Under the pieces are notes generated by a model, which worked only from the letters and a program-made list of their open reading frames with translations, made no database searches and was not told the origin of the DNA. A DNA stretch of 52,267 nucleotides, from assembly GCA_002689605.1 (NCBI GenBank), contig NZGY01000005.1, positions 1 through 52,267 on the forward strand. The letters run 5' to 3'. This DNA is from Filomicrobium sp. Its GTDB lineage: Bacteria > Pseudomonadota > Alphaproteobacteria > Rhizobiales > Hyphomicrobiaceae. Position 1 is the first letter of the stretch. Each line of letters opens with the position of its first letter. This document shows, piece after piece, positions 19,034 through 35,120 of this stretch. Both the position numbers and the translations under genes were made by a program.

Positions 19034-19941
19034 GCCGTTCCCGTGAGTTGAGCAAGACCAAATGCAGCTGCGAGCATCCCCAACACGTAAAGCAATGTGC
19101 CGGTAGCGTTGTACCAAGGCGCGAGGTCTTTAGGCTGACGCAAGAAACGGCGCATTAGGAATAGCTGGATGATAAGCAAGGCCAGCACAATTGCGGCATG
19201 CGTAGTTAGTCCCCATGACCAAAGAAGCATGCACACGACAAGTTGCGGCGCTGCCATAACGATGCATGCCAGCCGAGCAGCTGACTTTACGCCGAGTTGG
19301 ACCGGCAATGAGCGCACACCCATCTGGCGATCGCCATGGACAGCCTTGAAATCATTCAAGGTCATTATGCCGTGAGCACCTACGCTGTAGAGCAGCGCTA
19401 TCAGGATTGTGGACCAGTCTGGCAACGCACCCACCATGATGGCGGCACCAGTGAACCACGGCAAACCCTCGTAGCACCCTGCGACCGCCAGGTTTCCATA
19501 CCAACCGTTCAGCTTGAGCCTCAAGGGCGGCGCGCTGTAAGCCCATGCCAGAGCCAGCCCAATCAGTGCGGCAACGAATATCCACCATCCGAGTGAAAGC
19601 GCGACAACAGCTGACAGCGCTGTCCAGGCCATCGCGATGGTAAGGCCTAAGTCGCCGGGCAAGCGGCCGGAAGGTATTGGTCGGTGCGGCTCGTTAATTG
19701 CATCCACGTGACGGTCAAACCAGTCATTGACAGCCTGACTTGTCCCGCAAACCAGGGGCCCTGCAAGTAGCACCCCCAGTGTCACTTCAACCAGCCGGTC
19801 AGAGACTGCAACACCGGATGAGATTATCCCGCATGCAAACGCCCACATTGGCGCGAACCACGTGATCGGTTTGAGCAATTCGACGATTGCCAACAGTGGA
19901 ACAGCTGGCTTTGCGAACGATTTGAAGGCCTGACGAGCCAT
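19030..19941 (-). CDS. bchG: Bacteriochlorophyll synthase (UbiA prenyltransferase family)
   Basis: 303 aa and polytopic. It has the prenyltransferase motif NDWFDRHVDAINEPHRPIPSG and a second Asp-rich region LNDFKAVHGD. Confidence 0.9.
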   Translation of the reverse strand: MARQAFKSFAKPAVPLLAIVELLKPITWFAPMWAFACGIISSGVAVSDRLVEVTLGVLLAGPLVCGTSQAVNDWFDRHVDAINEPHRPIPSGRLPGDLGLTIAMAWTALSAVVALSLGWWIFVAALIGLALAWAYSAPPLRLKLNGWYGNLAVAGCYEGLPWFTGAAIMVGALPDWSTILIALLYSVGAHGIMTLNDFKAVHGDRQMGVRSLPVQLGVKSAARLACIVMAAPQLVVCMLLWSWGLTTHAAIVLALLIIQLFLMRRFLRQPKDLAPWYNATGTLLYVLGMLAAAFGLAQLTGTA

Positions 19942-19998
19942 CGACGATTGCCCTAAAAAACAAGTGCTCAGACAAGCGTACTTTTTGACACCTCAATC

Positions 19999-20016
19999 TG
20001 TCAATAAAAGTTTACA
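19999..20016. promoter_or_regulatory. PpsR/CrtJ-type palindrome upstream of bchG
   Basis: TGTCAATAAAAGTTTACA is an exact TGT-N12-ACA, 58 bp upstream of the bchG ATG. An isolated TGACA half-site (19986-19990) lies 8 bp away, giving TGACA-N8-TGTCA. Confidence 0.55.
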
Positions 20017-20174
20017 CCACTTACGGTTTTTTTGGATTCGCCAGGCTCCCATGCAATCTGGCGTACCTTTGCCATGAATACTCAAGGGCCATCATTGTGC
20101 CCGAGCCACCCCCCTCGGGCATTGAATACTCGTGTCACAAAAAATGTGCTGGAAACCATATGATTGAGAGCTCG

Positions 20175-21590
20175 TCAGCTGTCATCTTCGCTGAGACCAC
20201 CGAGTTGGTGGCGCCGCAATTTCATGTACAGTGATTGCCGGCTCACACCCAACATCTCGGCTGCGGACGCACGGTTGTCGCCAGTGAGCTCAAGAGCTGC
20301 TTCGATGCACATCCGCTCAACAATATCGGTTGTCTGGCGAACAACATCACGAAGAGGTGTATGGCCTACGAGACCCTTTAGCTTATCCACACCCTCAGCA
20401 CCGGCGGCTATAACTTCACCCGTGGCGCTCGCTAACTCGCTCACGGTTCGCCGTATCATCAACCCATAGAGGGGTCGATCCAACGACTCAATGAAAACAC
20501 CGGTGACCTCGACGTCTTGGGCGACATCATACTCACCGCGCAGTATCGTAGTGTGACGCGTTAAAGAACCGTGGTTTTTGATACTTGTCAGGAGAACCTC
20601 GGCATCAACATCTATCCGACCCAGCCAGCGGGAAATCGGCTGCTCCTTGGCCTGGTCCTCAGTTGCAAGTTGGGCCAGATCCAGAAAGGCGCGATTGGCT
20701 AGCAGAAGCCTCAGATCTTGATCCAAAACGACAAAGCCATCGGGAAGTTCTGCAAGTACAGAGTGAAGCCGCAGCGCTTGCAATTGATCCTCAAGGCCCT
20801 CTGACTGGCTCCGGAAACTCTCTAAGCGAATAAGATAGTAGAGCTCAGACTGATCGCGGAAAACCGACGCCGTGAGGTTGTAATCACTTCCCTTATTCGC
20901 TAGCCGCACCGAAATGCTGCGCGACCTTGGCGAATTTCTCACGTGTGCGAGGAGTGCATCCAGCTCTGGCAGGCTCTGTGGCGCAAACAAATCGTCCAGC
21001 TTCTTGCCAGTGATGCCACTTGAGCCGTTGGCAAACACCTGCACCATGGCTTGGTTTGCTTCAACGATGTTCTTGTTATGCGCATTCGCGATCAGAGTCG
21101 CTTCACCAGAGAACCGAAAGAGTGCTTGGTAACGTGTCTCGATCTGTATTTGACGAGCATAATCACGATCCAGCTGCGATTGTGCCGAGATCAATTTCTG
21201 CTGCAAGCTCGAGGTGAAACTAAGTTCCCGACCGACGGCAATTATTGGCCCCTCGGAGCCTAGTCGGAGAGTCTGGTAGCGGACCGGCAAATCCTGTGGT
21301 CCACCCGTTGGATGATTGACCTGAAATTCCCTAGCAGGATCGTCTTCGATGCCATCCAGCATGGCCTCGATCTTTGGCACGCACTCGGATGTAACAACGT
21401 CGGCCAGCTGCTTGCCGGGCCATCCGGTCGCATCGATGTTTGCAAATTGTTCGCTGCTGAATGCGAGGTCGCGAATCTTACCATTCGTATCAATCACCAT
21501 AGCAACGTCAGAACTTGCCGTTATGAGACGAGCCGCAATCTTGGCGTCGAGATCACCGAGCGAGCGCTTGACGGATTTAAAGGGCTTCAC
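20175..21590 (-). CDS. ppsR: Photosynthesis gene repressor PpsR/CrtJ
   Basis: 471 aa with PAS-like repeats and a C-terminal Fis-type HTH (AAEMLGVSRQSLYMKLRRHQL). It starts with GTG and lies downstream of ppaA, as in Rhodobacter. Confidence 0.88.
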   Translation of the reverse strand: MKPFKSVKRSLGDLDAKIAARLITASSDVAMVIDTNGKIRDLAFSSEQFANIDATGWPGKQLADVVTSECVPKIEAMLDGIEDDPAREFQVNHPTGGPQDLPVRYQTLRLGSEGPIIAVGRELSFTSSLQQKLISAQSQLDRDYARQIQIETRYQALFRFSGEATLIANAHNKNIVEANQAMVQVFANGSSGITGKKLDDLFAPQSLPELDALLAHVRNSPRSRSISVRLANKGSDYNLTASVFRDQSELYYLIRLESFRSQSEGLEDQLQALRLHSVLAELPDGFVVLDQDLRLLLANRAFLDLAQLATEDQAKEQPISRWLGRIDVDAEVLLTSIKNHGSLTRHTTILRGEYDVAQDVEVTGVFIESLDRPLYGLMIRRTVSELASATGEVIAAGAEGVDKLKGLVGHTPLRDVVRQTTDIVERMCIEAALELTGDNRASAAEMLGVSRQSLYMKLRRHQLGGLSEDDS

Positions 21591-21668
21591 GGCTTTACTA
21601 GCCTCTCACGGCTTGAGAAGATAAAGTTCTGAAGACTCATTTCGGCCACCATCATAAGAAGCACTGTA

Positions 21669-22568
21669 TCACTGCACCAGGGACCTGCCACGTTGATCTG
21701 AGAGCAGGGCTTCACCCAGCCTGACAGCCTGAGCCGGGTCCGAAACGACAAAGTCAGCCCCCAGCTGCTCGTCCGGCCGAAGGTTCTTACTGAAAGCGCG
21801 ACCACCAACCAAGATCTTGACTGCCTTGTTCTTACATTGCCAGCGCGCACTTGCGATCGCATCAGCTAATTGGGCCGTCAACCGCTCATTTGCAAGCGAG
21901 AATCCCACAATATCCCAGGGTTCGTCTGACAGAAGTTGGTTAATTTCGTTCTCCGCCATGGCGTGACCGCCACCGACTTCCCAACCCGAGTTTCGGAATA
22001 TCTCGGCAATGACCAGCAACCCGAAGGTATGCGTTTCCTGCGGTGTCGGCAGCAACAAAATCCTCTTCGGATTGGGCTCTGTGTAGGCCCGCGCCAGCCT
22101 GGAAGGTCTAAAATGATGCAGAACCTGCTTCAGGCGCGAGGTGCCAATGGTGACGTCAACGAAATCAATGCGATCCTCCTCCCACCACACACCGAGCTGG
22201 CGTGCTGTCGGCGCCAAAAGATCCATCATGATCCGATCGAGCTGGTGGCCATCAGCGTGCAACTGCTCGACAAACACAAACGCCTGATTGCTCTCGTCCT
22301 TTAAGATGATTCTAGCGTACTCAACGATGTAGTCTTCCAGGCGCGGCCCCGTCTCAGGGGCTATTTGATCGGCCGTAACTTGCTGATTGTTCAGCAGAAA
22401 TAGGCGCGGGATGATCTCACCGTTAATCACAGTGGTGAGGCGAGAAGGGACACTTTCCTCGCGAACAAGGTCTGCCTCGTCAGTGATGCGCAAATCGTCG
22501 TCGCACAAAGCCCGGCGTCCCTCGCGTGTGGCTAGTGTCAGAGAGCTATTGCTTTTGGGATCATCCAT
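21669..22568 (-). CDS. ppaA: Cobalamin-binding PpsR antirepressor (PpaA/AerR family)
   Basis: 299 aa. The C-terminal B12-binding domain (ILLLPTPQETHTFGLLVIAEIFRNSGWEV) carries the His-containing loop. The gene sits immediately upstream of ppsR. Confidence 0.75.
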   Translation of the reverse strand: MDDPKSNSSLTLATREGRRALCDDDLRITDEADLVREESVPSRLTTVINGEIIPRLFLLNNQQVTADQIAPETGPRLEDYIVEYARIILKDESNQAFVFVEQLHADGHQLDRIMMDLLAPTARQLGVWWEEDRIDFVDVTIGTSRLKQVLHHFRPSRLARAYTEPNPKRILLLPTPQETHTFGLLVIAEIFRNSGWEVGGGHAMAENEINQLLSDEPWDIVGFSLANERLTAQLADAIASARWQCKNKAVKILVGGRAFSKNLRPDEQLGADFVVSDPAQAVRLGEALLSDQRGRSLVQ

Positions 22569-22811
22569 TACGCAGCTACCCGCCTGTGGGGGTTGACCGG
22601 GCGGCTAACCCTACAGACCAGCCGTGTATTGCCGTAATTTAGCGTTTCGCCGTCACTTAGCATTTCCATGTCCCACCTACCGCTGATCGCTAACCGACCA
22701 TTTTTATGAGGTTGACCGTAATTAATCATGCCAGGCGCGTGCGCGCAAGCCATATTGTCGCATGAATATCGCAATCGAGTTGCAACGAAGCAAAATTTCG
22801 ATTGGATCACT

Positions 22812-22854
22812 TGTAAAATATTTAAGACGAAAAATATGTCAAATATAATTGACA
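22812..22854. promoter_or_regulatory. Tandem PpsR/CrtJ-type palindromes in the divergent ppaA/bchF control region
   Basis: TGTAAAATATTTAAGACG (22812-22829) has one mismatch and TGTCAAATATAATTGACA (22837-22854) is exact. The spacer between them is 7 bp. TTGACA at 22849-22854 could serve as the -35 for bchF, with TACACT at 22873-22878. Confidence 0.55.
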
Positions 22855-22969
22855 CTATTACTGAGCGACGCATACACTGACGTTGAGAGCTTGGGAGTTG
22901 AGCGCGCTACAGCATTCACCATCAGCGCTAAAAACCTCCTTCATATAACGCTCTGCAAGGGGATCTCCG

Positions 22970-24798
<1,829 letters not shown>

Positions 24799-24802
24799 CA
24801 CT

Positions 24803-26375
24803 TTGAAGCTAGCGGTCTGGACATATGAGGGCCCTCCCCACGTCGGCGCAATGCGCGTCGCGACAGCAATGAAGGACGTCCATTACGTTCTCCATGCGCC
24901 GCAAGGGGACACGTACGCAGATCTTCTCTTCACAATGATTGAGCGTCGTGACCATCGTCCGCCAGTCACGTACACAACGTTCCAAGCCCGCGATCTTGGC
25001 AGTGACACTGCAGAGCTTTTTCAGCAGGCCGCACGGGATGCCTATGAGCGCTTCGATCCGCAACTGATGCTGGTCGGAGCCTCGTGTACTGCTGAGCTTA
25101 TTCAAGATGACCCTGGCGGCTTAACAGAAGCTTTGAGCCTTCCCGTGCCAGTCGTGCCTCTGGAGCTACCGTCCTATCAAAAGAAGGAAAACTGGGGCGC
25201 CTCGGAAACCTTCTATCGTGTGGTTCGTACGCTCAATCAAGCAAATGACAATGGCCGTCACATTACCGGCCGCACCGAAAGGCCGGACAGCAAATTCTCG
25301 TGCAACATACTGGGTGCAACGGCTCTTGGTTTTCGTCACCGCGATGACGTCGAAGAAGTATCGCGACTGCTTAGACGACTTGGCGGTGAGATTAACGTAG
25401 TTGCCCCGCTCGGTGCATCGCCAGCTGACATTGCTCGCATTCCCGAGGCCGACTTCAACGTCGTGCTCTATCCGGAGATTGCCCGTACCACTGCAGCCTG
25501 GTTGGAACGGACTTTCCAGCAGCCGTTTACGAAAGTAATCCCGATCGGTGTCGGGGCGACTCGTGATTTTATCCATGAAGTCGCTAGCCTAGCGGGCATC
25601 GAAGTCGACCTAACTGAGCTCGACCGCGATTTGCGGTTGCCGTGGTATGCCCGATCTGTCGACAGCACATATCTCAACGGCAAACGTGTGTTCATCTTTG
25701 GTGATGGCTCGCATGTCGTTGCAGCTGCCCGCGTCGCCCACGAAGAAATGGGCTTCACTATCGCCGGGCTAGGCACTTATACGCGCGAGACTGCACGGGA
25801 AGTGCGTGAGGCGGCGCGCAAGTACAATGTCGAAGCTTTGATCACCGATGACTATCTCGAAGTGGAAGATTGCATCAAACATCTGCAGCCGGAGTTAGTG
25901 CTGGGATCGCAGATGGAGCGCCACATCGCCAAACGACATGGTATCGGCTGTGCTGTGATCTCCTCACCTGTCCATGTTCAAGACTTCCCAGCGCGCTACG
26001 CTCCACAGATGGGGTTTGAAGGCGCCAATGTTATCTTCGATACCTGGGTGCATCCGTTGATGATGGGACTTGAGGAGCATCTGCTCCAGATGTTCCGCGA
26101 AGACTTCGAGTTCAACAATGAAACCATCCCATCTCATCTCGCTGCCCATCAGCCCAACGTATCCCGGCCTGACGATATCACAGCAGCGGCTTCGCCAGCG
26201 CCTTGCGCTGATGCACCCAAAATCACGCAGCCTGCGAACAGCATAAGCTGGGCTGCAGACGCTGAAAAAGAACTCAAGCGAATACCATTCTTCGTGCGCG
26301 GCAAGGCCCGACGGAATACGGAGACGTTCGCGAAAGACAACGGAATTGCCTGCATTACGCTGGAGACACTCTACG

Positions 26376-26401
<26 letters not shown>
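24803..26401 (+). CDS. bchB: Light-independent protochlorophyllide reductase subunit B
   Basis: The N-terminus [20 protein letters not shown] is the conserved BchB/ChlB start. The initiation codon at 24803 is TTG. Confidence 0.92.
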
Positions 26402-31030
<4,629 letters not shown>

Positions 31031-31048
31031 TCAAGGGTTGCTAAGGTT

Positions 31049-31747
31049 ATGAGCGAAACTGCCTACAATGCTCGGCGCGACCAGCTTGAGACCTACTTCG
31101 ACCGGACGGCGGCCAAAGCATGGTTGCGTTTGACGACGGATGCACCGGTAAGCCGTATTCGGCAAACGGTGCGCGCGGGCCGAGAAAGCATGCGCGCTCA
31201 GTTGCAATCATGGTTGCCGGCCGATCTTGTCGGGCGGCGTATACTCGATGCCGGCTGTGGAACGGGTGCGTTCTCGATGGAACTTGCGCGGCGCGGCGCG
31301 GATGTTGTCGCTGTTGACGTTGCGGGTTCGCTTGTTGATGTGGCTCAGGAACGAACGCCGTCGGAGCTTGCCTGTCGTATCGACTATGTCGTCGGTGATA
31401 TGCTCTCGCCCGAGCTTGGCCCGTTTGATCACGTTGTCGCAATGGATAGTCTGATTCACTACGAGCCTGAGCAGATCTCGACCGCCTTGGCTGAGCTTGC
31501 TCAACGAACAAAACAATCCATAGTGTTTACATATGCGCCAGCGACACCGGCCCTGCGGATCATGCATGCCGCCGGGCGTGCCTTTCCACGCTCAGACCGA
31601 GCGCCGGCAATCGTGCCAATCAGCCCACCAAGGCTGAGGCGTGAGATCAATTCCCATCCGTGTTTGGCGGGTTGGAAATTTGCGCGTGACGGCCGCATCA
31701 AAGCAGGTTTCTACATTTCACACGGACAGGAGCTCAGCTGCGAATGA
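31049..31747 (+). CDS. bchM: Magnesium protoporphyrin IX methyltransferase
   Basis: 232 aa with the SAM motif ILDAGCGTGAF and an N-terminus (YFDRTAAKAW) typical of BchM. Confidence 0.9.
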   Translation: MSETAYNARRDQLETYFDRTAAKAWLRLTTDAPVSRIRQTVRAGRESMRAQLQSWLPADLVGRRILDAGCGTGAFSMELARRGADVVAVDVAGSLVDVAQERTPSELACRIDYVVGDMLSPELGPFDHVVAMDSLIHYEPEQISTALAELAQRTKQSIVFTYAPATPALRIMHAAGRAFPRSDRAPAIVPISPPRLRREINSHPCLAGWKFARDGRIKAGFYISHGQELSCE

Positions 31748-33177
31748 AGTTCCTGCCGAAGATAAATCGACATCAGTCGGCGCATCTGTTATTGCAGCTA
31801 ATACCGTTTGCTGATGCTGCGACAGACAAGCTGCCGCTGTCGCGTCTTCTCAGACTGTCGCTATTCCAAGTCTCGGTTGGTATGACGCTCGTGCTTCTGA
31901 CAGGCACGCTCAACAGGGTGATGATCGTTGAGCTTGGCGTGTCGGCGACGTTGGTCGCCTTGATGATATCCTTGCCGATGTTTCTTGCACCAATGCGTGC
32001 ACTGATCGGCTTCCGCTCAGACACCCATAAGTCCTTTCTCGGCTGGCGCCGTGTGCCGTACATGTGGTTTGGCGCCCTGCTAACGTTTGGTGGGCTTTCG
32101 ATCATGCCATTCGCATTGATCAACCTGACACCTGAGACGCAGGCCCATCCGATTGTCGGTCAGATTGCAGCGTGTCTGGCTTTTCTCTTGGCCGGCGCCG
32201 GCCTTCACATGAGCCAGACCGCAGGACTCGCTCTTGCTAGTGATCTCTCAAATGATCAGACCCGCCCGCGAGTCGTGGCGCTGCTCTACGTTATGCTGCT
32301 TGTTGGCATGCTCGTATCTGCACTGCTGCTCGGACGTTTGCTTACAGACGTGACGCCACAGTCGCTGATCCAGATCATTCAAGGTTGCGCCCTTGCTGTT
32401 GTCGCGCTGAACCATTTTGCGCTGTGGAAGCAAGAGCCACGGAATTTGGAGCTGACTGCGCCCAACCGACCGCGGCCATCATTTGCCGAAGCCTGGACCG
32501 AGTATCGGCAACACCCTCAGACACTTCGACTGCTGGTCGCTGTCGCACTGGGGTCGGCTGCATTCGGCATGCAGGACGTTCTGCTGGAGCCTTATGGTGG
32601 CGAGGTCCTCAAGCTCAGCGTCAGCGCGACAACTGCCCTAACAGCTTTCATGGCGGCCGGTAGTCTTGTCGGATTTGCCCTCGCAGCACGTTTCCTCGGG
32701 AGAGGGATCGATGCCTGCAGGATTGCGGCGCTCGGAGCAGTCGTCGGGGTCGTTGGATTTGGCGCCGTCTTATTATCCGGGCCGCTCAGGGCTGTGGTGG
32801 TATTTCAAATCGGAACGACCTTGATCGGCGTCGGTGGTGGTTTGTTTGCGGTCGGCACGCTAACTGCGGCCATGGCACAGGTTTCGGAAGACGGCGCCGG
32901 TCTTGCGCTTGGTGCTTGGGGAGCCGTCCAAGTGACCGCTATCGGTATCGCGATGGCGGTCGGTGGTGCGCTGCGCGACGGCGTGAGTTGGATTGTCAAT
33001 TCCAGCGGGTTTGGCAACGGGTTCGAAGGCACGTCTATCGGTTACGCGTCCGTCTATCACCTCGAGATCATCCTGCTCTTCGCTGCGATTGCAGTGATTG
33101 GGCCGTTGGCCCGCCACCAACTCGAAGCGCAACGGAGAGTCATTCAACGGTTCGGTATCACAGAGACACCTGGCTGA
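31744..33177 (+). CDS. lhaA: LH1 assembly protein LhaA (PucC/BCD MFS family)
   Basis: 477 aa, about 12 TM helices, with the LNRVMIVELGVSA motif. It sits between bchM and puhA and overlaps the bchM stop as ATGA. Confidence 0.85.
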   Translation: MKFLPKINRHQSAHLLLQLIPFADAATDKLPLSRLLRLSLFQVSVGMTLVLLTGTLNRVMIVELGVSATLVALMISLPMFLAPMRALIGFRSDTHKSFLGWRRVPYMWFGALLTFGGLSIMPFALINLTPETQAHPIVGQIAACLAFLLAGAGLHMSQTAGLALASDLSNDQTRPRVVALLYVMLLVGMLVSALLLGRLLTDVTPQSLIQIIQGCALAVVALNHFALWKQEPRNLELTAPNRPRPSFAEAWTEYRQHPQTLRLLVAVALGSAAFGMQDVLLEPYGGEVLKLSVSATTALTAFMAAGSLVGFALAARFLGRGIDACRIAALGAVVGVVGFGAVLLSGPLRAVVVFQIGTTLIGVGGGLFAVGTLTAAMAQVSEDGAGLALGAWGAVQVTAIGIAMAVGGALRDGVSWIVNSSGFGNGFEGTSIGYASVYHLEIILLFAAIAVIGPLARHQLEAQRRVIQRFGITETPG

Positions 33178-33202
33178 TACTTTTGCAAAGGGAGGACCGG
33201 CA

Positions 33203-34063
33203 ATGCTGGCATTCGGTCAAATTACTGGACACATCGATATTGCGCTGATTGCACTCTATCTGTTCTGGGCGTTCTTTTTCTGGTTGGTGCTGTATCTGCA
33301 GCAGGAAGGACGTCGCGAAGGCTTTCCGGTTGTTTCAGATCCCGACGGCAAGACGTGGGATCAAAGTTTATGGATGCCAAAACCCAAGACATTCATCACC
33401 AATGATGGTCGTACGCGTCAGGCTCCTGACCCTGCCTTGGCGGATACGCGCGCACTGAACGCCGAGTTTGCAATTGGTGGCCCCGGATCGCCACTCGTTC
33501 CGTTGGGTGATCCTATGAAAGATGCCATAGGCCCGGCTTCTTTTACAGAACGACCTGACATTGCTGATCTCACGTTCGCAGGTGAACCCCGCATCGTACC
33601 AATGCGTGTGGCAGCTGATTTCTCGGTTGCAGAGCAGGATATTGACCCGCAAGGGCTGACTGTACACGGCGCGGACGGCAATGCCGCGGGTTCTGTAGCT
33701 GACATTTGGGTCGACAAATCTGACTATCTCATCCGTTACCTTGAAGTCGAACTACCAGGGACGACGCGATCTTCGGGCGAGGATGGACAAACAGTTACAG
33801 TGCCCGGGCGTCGAGTCCTGATGCCCTTCAATGTCGCCCAGATCCGAACTGATCGCGACCTGCTCATGGACTTCATACGTGCCAAGAAGGGTAAACCTAA
33901 CGCCGAAATCCATACCGCGGCGCTGTTGTCCACTCAGTTCGCCAACATCCCTGCCATCGCTAACCCCGACCGGGTGACGATGCTGGAAGAAGATAAGATC
34001 CAGGGCTACTTCGGTGGTGGCTACCTCTATGCGACGCCAGATCGACAGGAGCCGATCATATGA
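33203..34063 (+). CDS. puhA: Photosynthetic reaction centre H subunit
   Basis: ATG 33203 follows a GGGAGGA Shine-Dalgarno. The N-terminal TM helix (IDIALIALYLFWAFFFWLVLYLQQEGRREGFP) is the conserved H-subunit start. A PRC-barrel-like C-terminus follows. Confidence 0.9.
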   Translation: MLAFGQITGHIDIALIALYLFWAFFFWLVLYLQQEGRREGFPVVSDPDGKTWDQSLWMPKPKTFITNDGRTRQAPDPALADTRALNAEFAIGGPGSPLVPLGDPMKDAIGPASFTERPDIADLTFAGEPRIVPMRVAADFSVAEQDIDPQGLTVHGADGNAAGSVADIWVDKSDYLIRYLEVELPGTTRSSGEDGQTVTVPGRRVLMPFNVAQIRTDRDLLMDFIRAKKGKPNAEIHTAALLSTQFANIPAIANPDRVTMLEEDKIQGYFGGGYLYATPDRQEPII

Positions 34064-34782
34064 GCGCGAACGACGATTTTGCTTTCGAGCCGGTGCCAGG
34101 ACTCCCGTCTGATCTACCTGACGACGAGAAAATTCTATGGTCAGGTTCACCGGATCTTTGGACACTGGGCCATCGTGCATTCCATACGCGCTGGATAGCT
34201 GCGTTCTTTTCCGTGCTCGCGATCTCGTCCATATTCTCCGGTTTTAATCACGGGGCTGACGCCGGGCGGGTCGCGATCACGGTTGTGACCTTGTTGTTTC
34301 TTGGTGGCCTAGTCGTGGGCTTCCTGATGGTTATGGGTTGGTTGGTTGCGATCAATACAATCTACACGTTGACGAACAAGCGCCTCATCATTCGTCACGG
34401 CGTCACGATGCCGATGGCAGTCAATGTTCCCTTCACAAAGATTGCGCGTGCTGATGCGAAGATCCACGGCTCAGGAGCTGGGGACATTTCGGTTTCGCTG
34501 CTCGATGGGAACCGGCTATCGATCTTTGCAATCTGGCCGCATAACCGACCGTGGAGTTGGCAGGGTGCAGCACCCGCTATGCGCCTAGTGCCGAACGGCG
34601 CCAAAGTGGCGAAGACACTCAGTGATGCCTTGTTAGCGCATGCCAAGGCGGAGGAAGCGGCAGCGGCGAACGAGACTGTGTTTGAACCTGCTCGCCCCAA
34701 AGTTGTACGCACACGCGACCGTTACATGCCAGTCACGGCAAGCAACGGCGCCAATCCGGTAATGAATCCGGCCCATATGTGA
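34060..34782 (+). CDS. puhB: Photosynthetic complex assembly protein PuhB
   Basis: 240 aa. It has GLPSDLPDDEKILWSGSP, then two TM helices and a bPH-like domain (YTLTNKRLIIRHG). The start overlaps the puhA stop as ATGA. Confidence 0.8.
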   Translation: MSANDDFAFEPVPGLPSDLPDDEKILWSGSPDLWTLGHRAFHTRWIAAFFSVLAISSIFSGFNHGADAGRVAITVVTLLFLGGLVVGFLMVMGWLVAINTIYTLTNKRLIIRHGVTMPMAVNVPFTKIARADAKIHGSGAGDISVSLLDGNRLSIFAIWPHNRPWSWQGAAPAMRLVPNGAKVAKTLSDALLAHAKAEEAAAANETVFEPARPKVVRTRDRYMPVTASNGANPVMNPAHM

Positions 34783-34829
34783 CTGCCGGGTTTGCCAGCA
34801 GTCCGACACTATCTCAAGGAGAGCTTGCG

Positions 34830-35120
34830 ATGATGAAAAGAAGAGCTCTGGAAACGCAGTGCACCGTTCGGGTTATCAATACATTCGATAGCCTCGAGGC
34901 GCATGTCGAATTGGATGACGGGATCACTCTTGAACCCGGCGATGAGGTTCGCGTGCACGGGGCTCCTATTGTCGTGCCCTATGGTGAAGAGTTGGAGCTT
35001 CGCCGGCGCGCCAGCGTGCGAAGGGCCGGCTTGATCGAGCGGACTTGGACAAGGTTGACAGGTAATCTGGAATTCATGGAACTTTGTGAGTTCAGCTTCA
35101 GTGCGGAGAAGAAGCTATGA
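34830..35120 (+). CDS. Small soluble conserved-position protein directly upstream of acsF; candidate BciE-like cyclase accessory subunit
   Basis: 96 aa from ATG 34830, which has an AAGGAGAG Shine-Dalgarno. The ORF track gives 113 aa from 34779. It has no TM segment, and its stop overlaps the acsF ATG as ATGA. The assignment rests on position only, because I cannot recall the BciE sequence. Confidence 0.45.
   Translation: MMKRRALETQCTVRVINTFDSLEAHVELDDGITLEPGDEVRVHGAPIVVPYGEELELRRRASVRRAGLIERTWTRLTGNLEFMELCEFSFSAEKKL

Noticed and set aside
22569-22810. Possible cobalamin riboswitch in the leader of the B12-binding regulator ppaA
   Set aside because: I could not find the conserved B12-box or GCCACTG core, or the GGGAA/GGTG elements, on the transcribed strand. 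Only generic short hairpins are present. I kept it as a low-interest long-leader observation.
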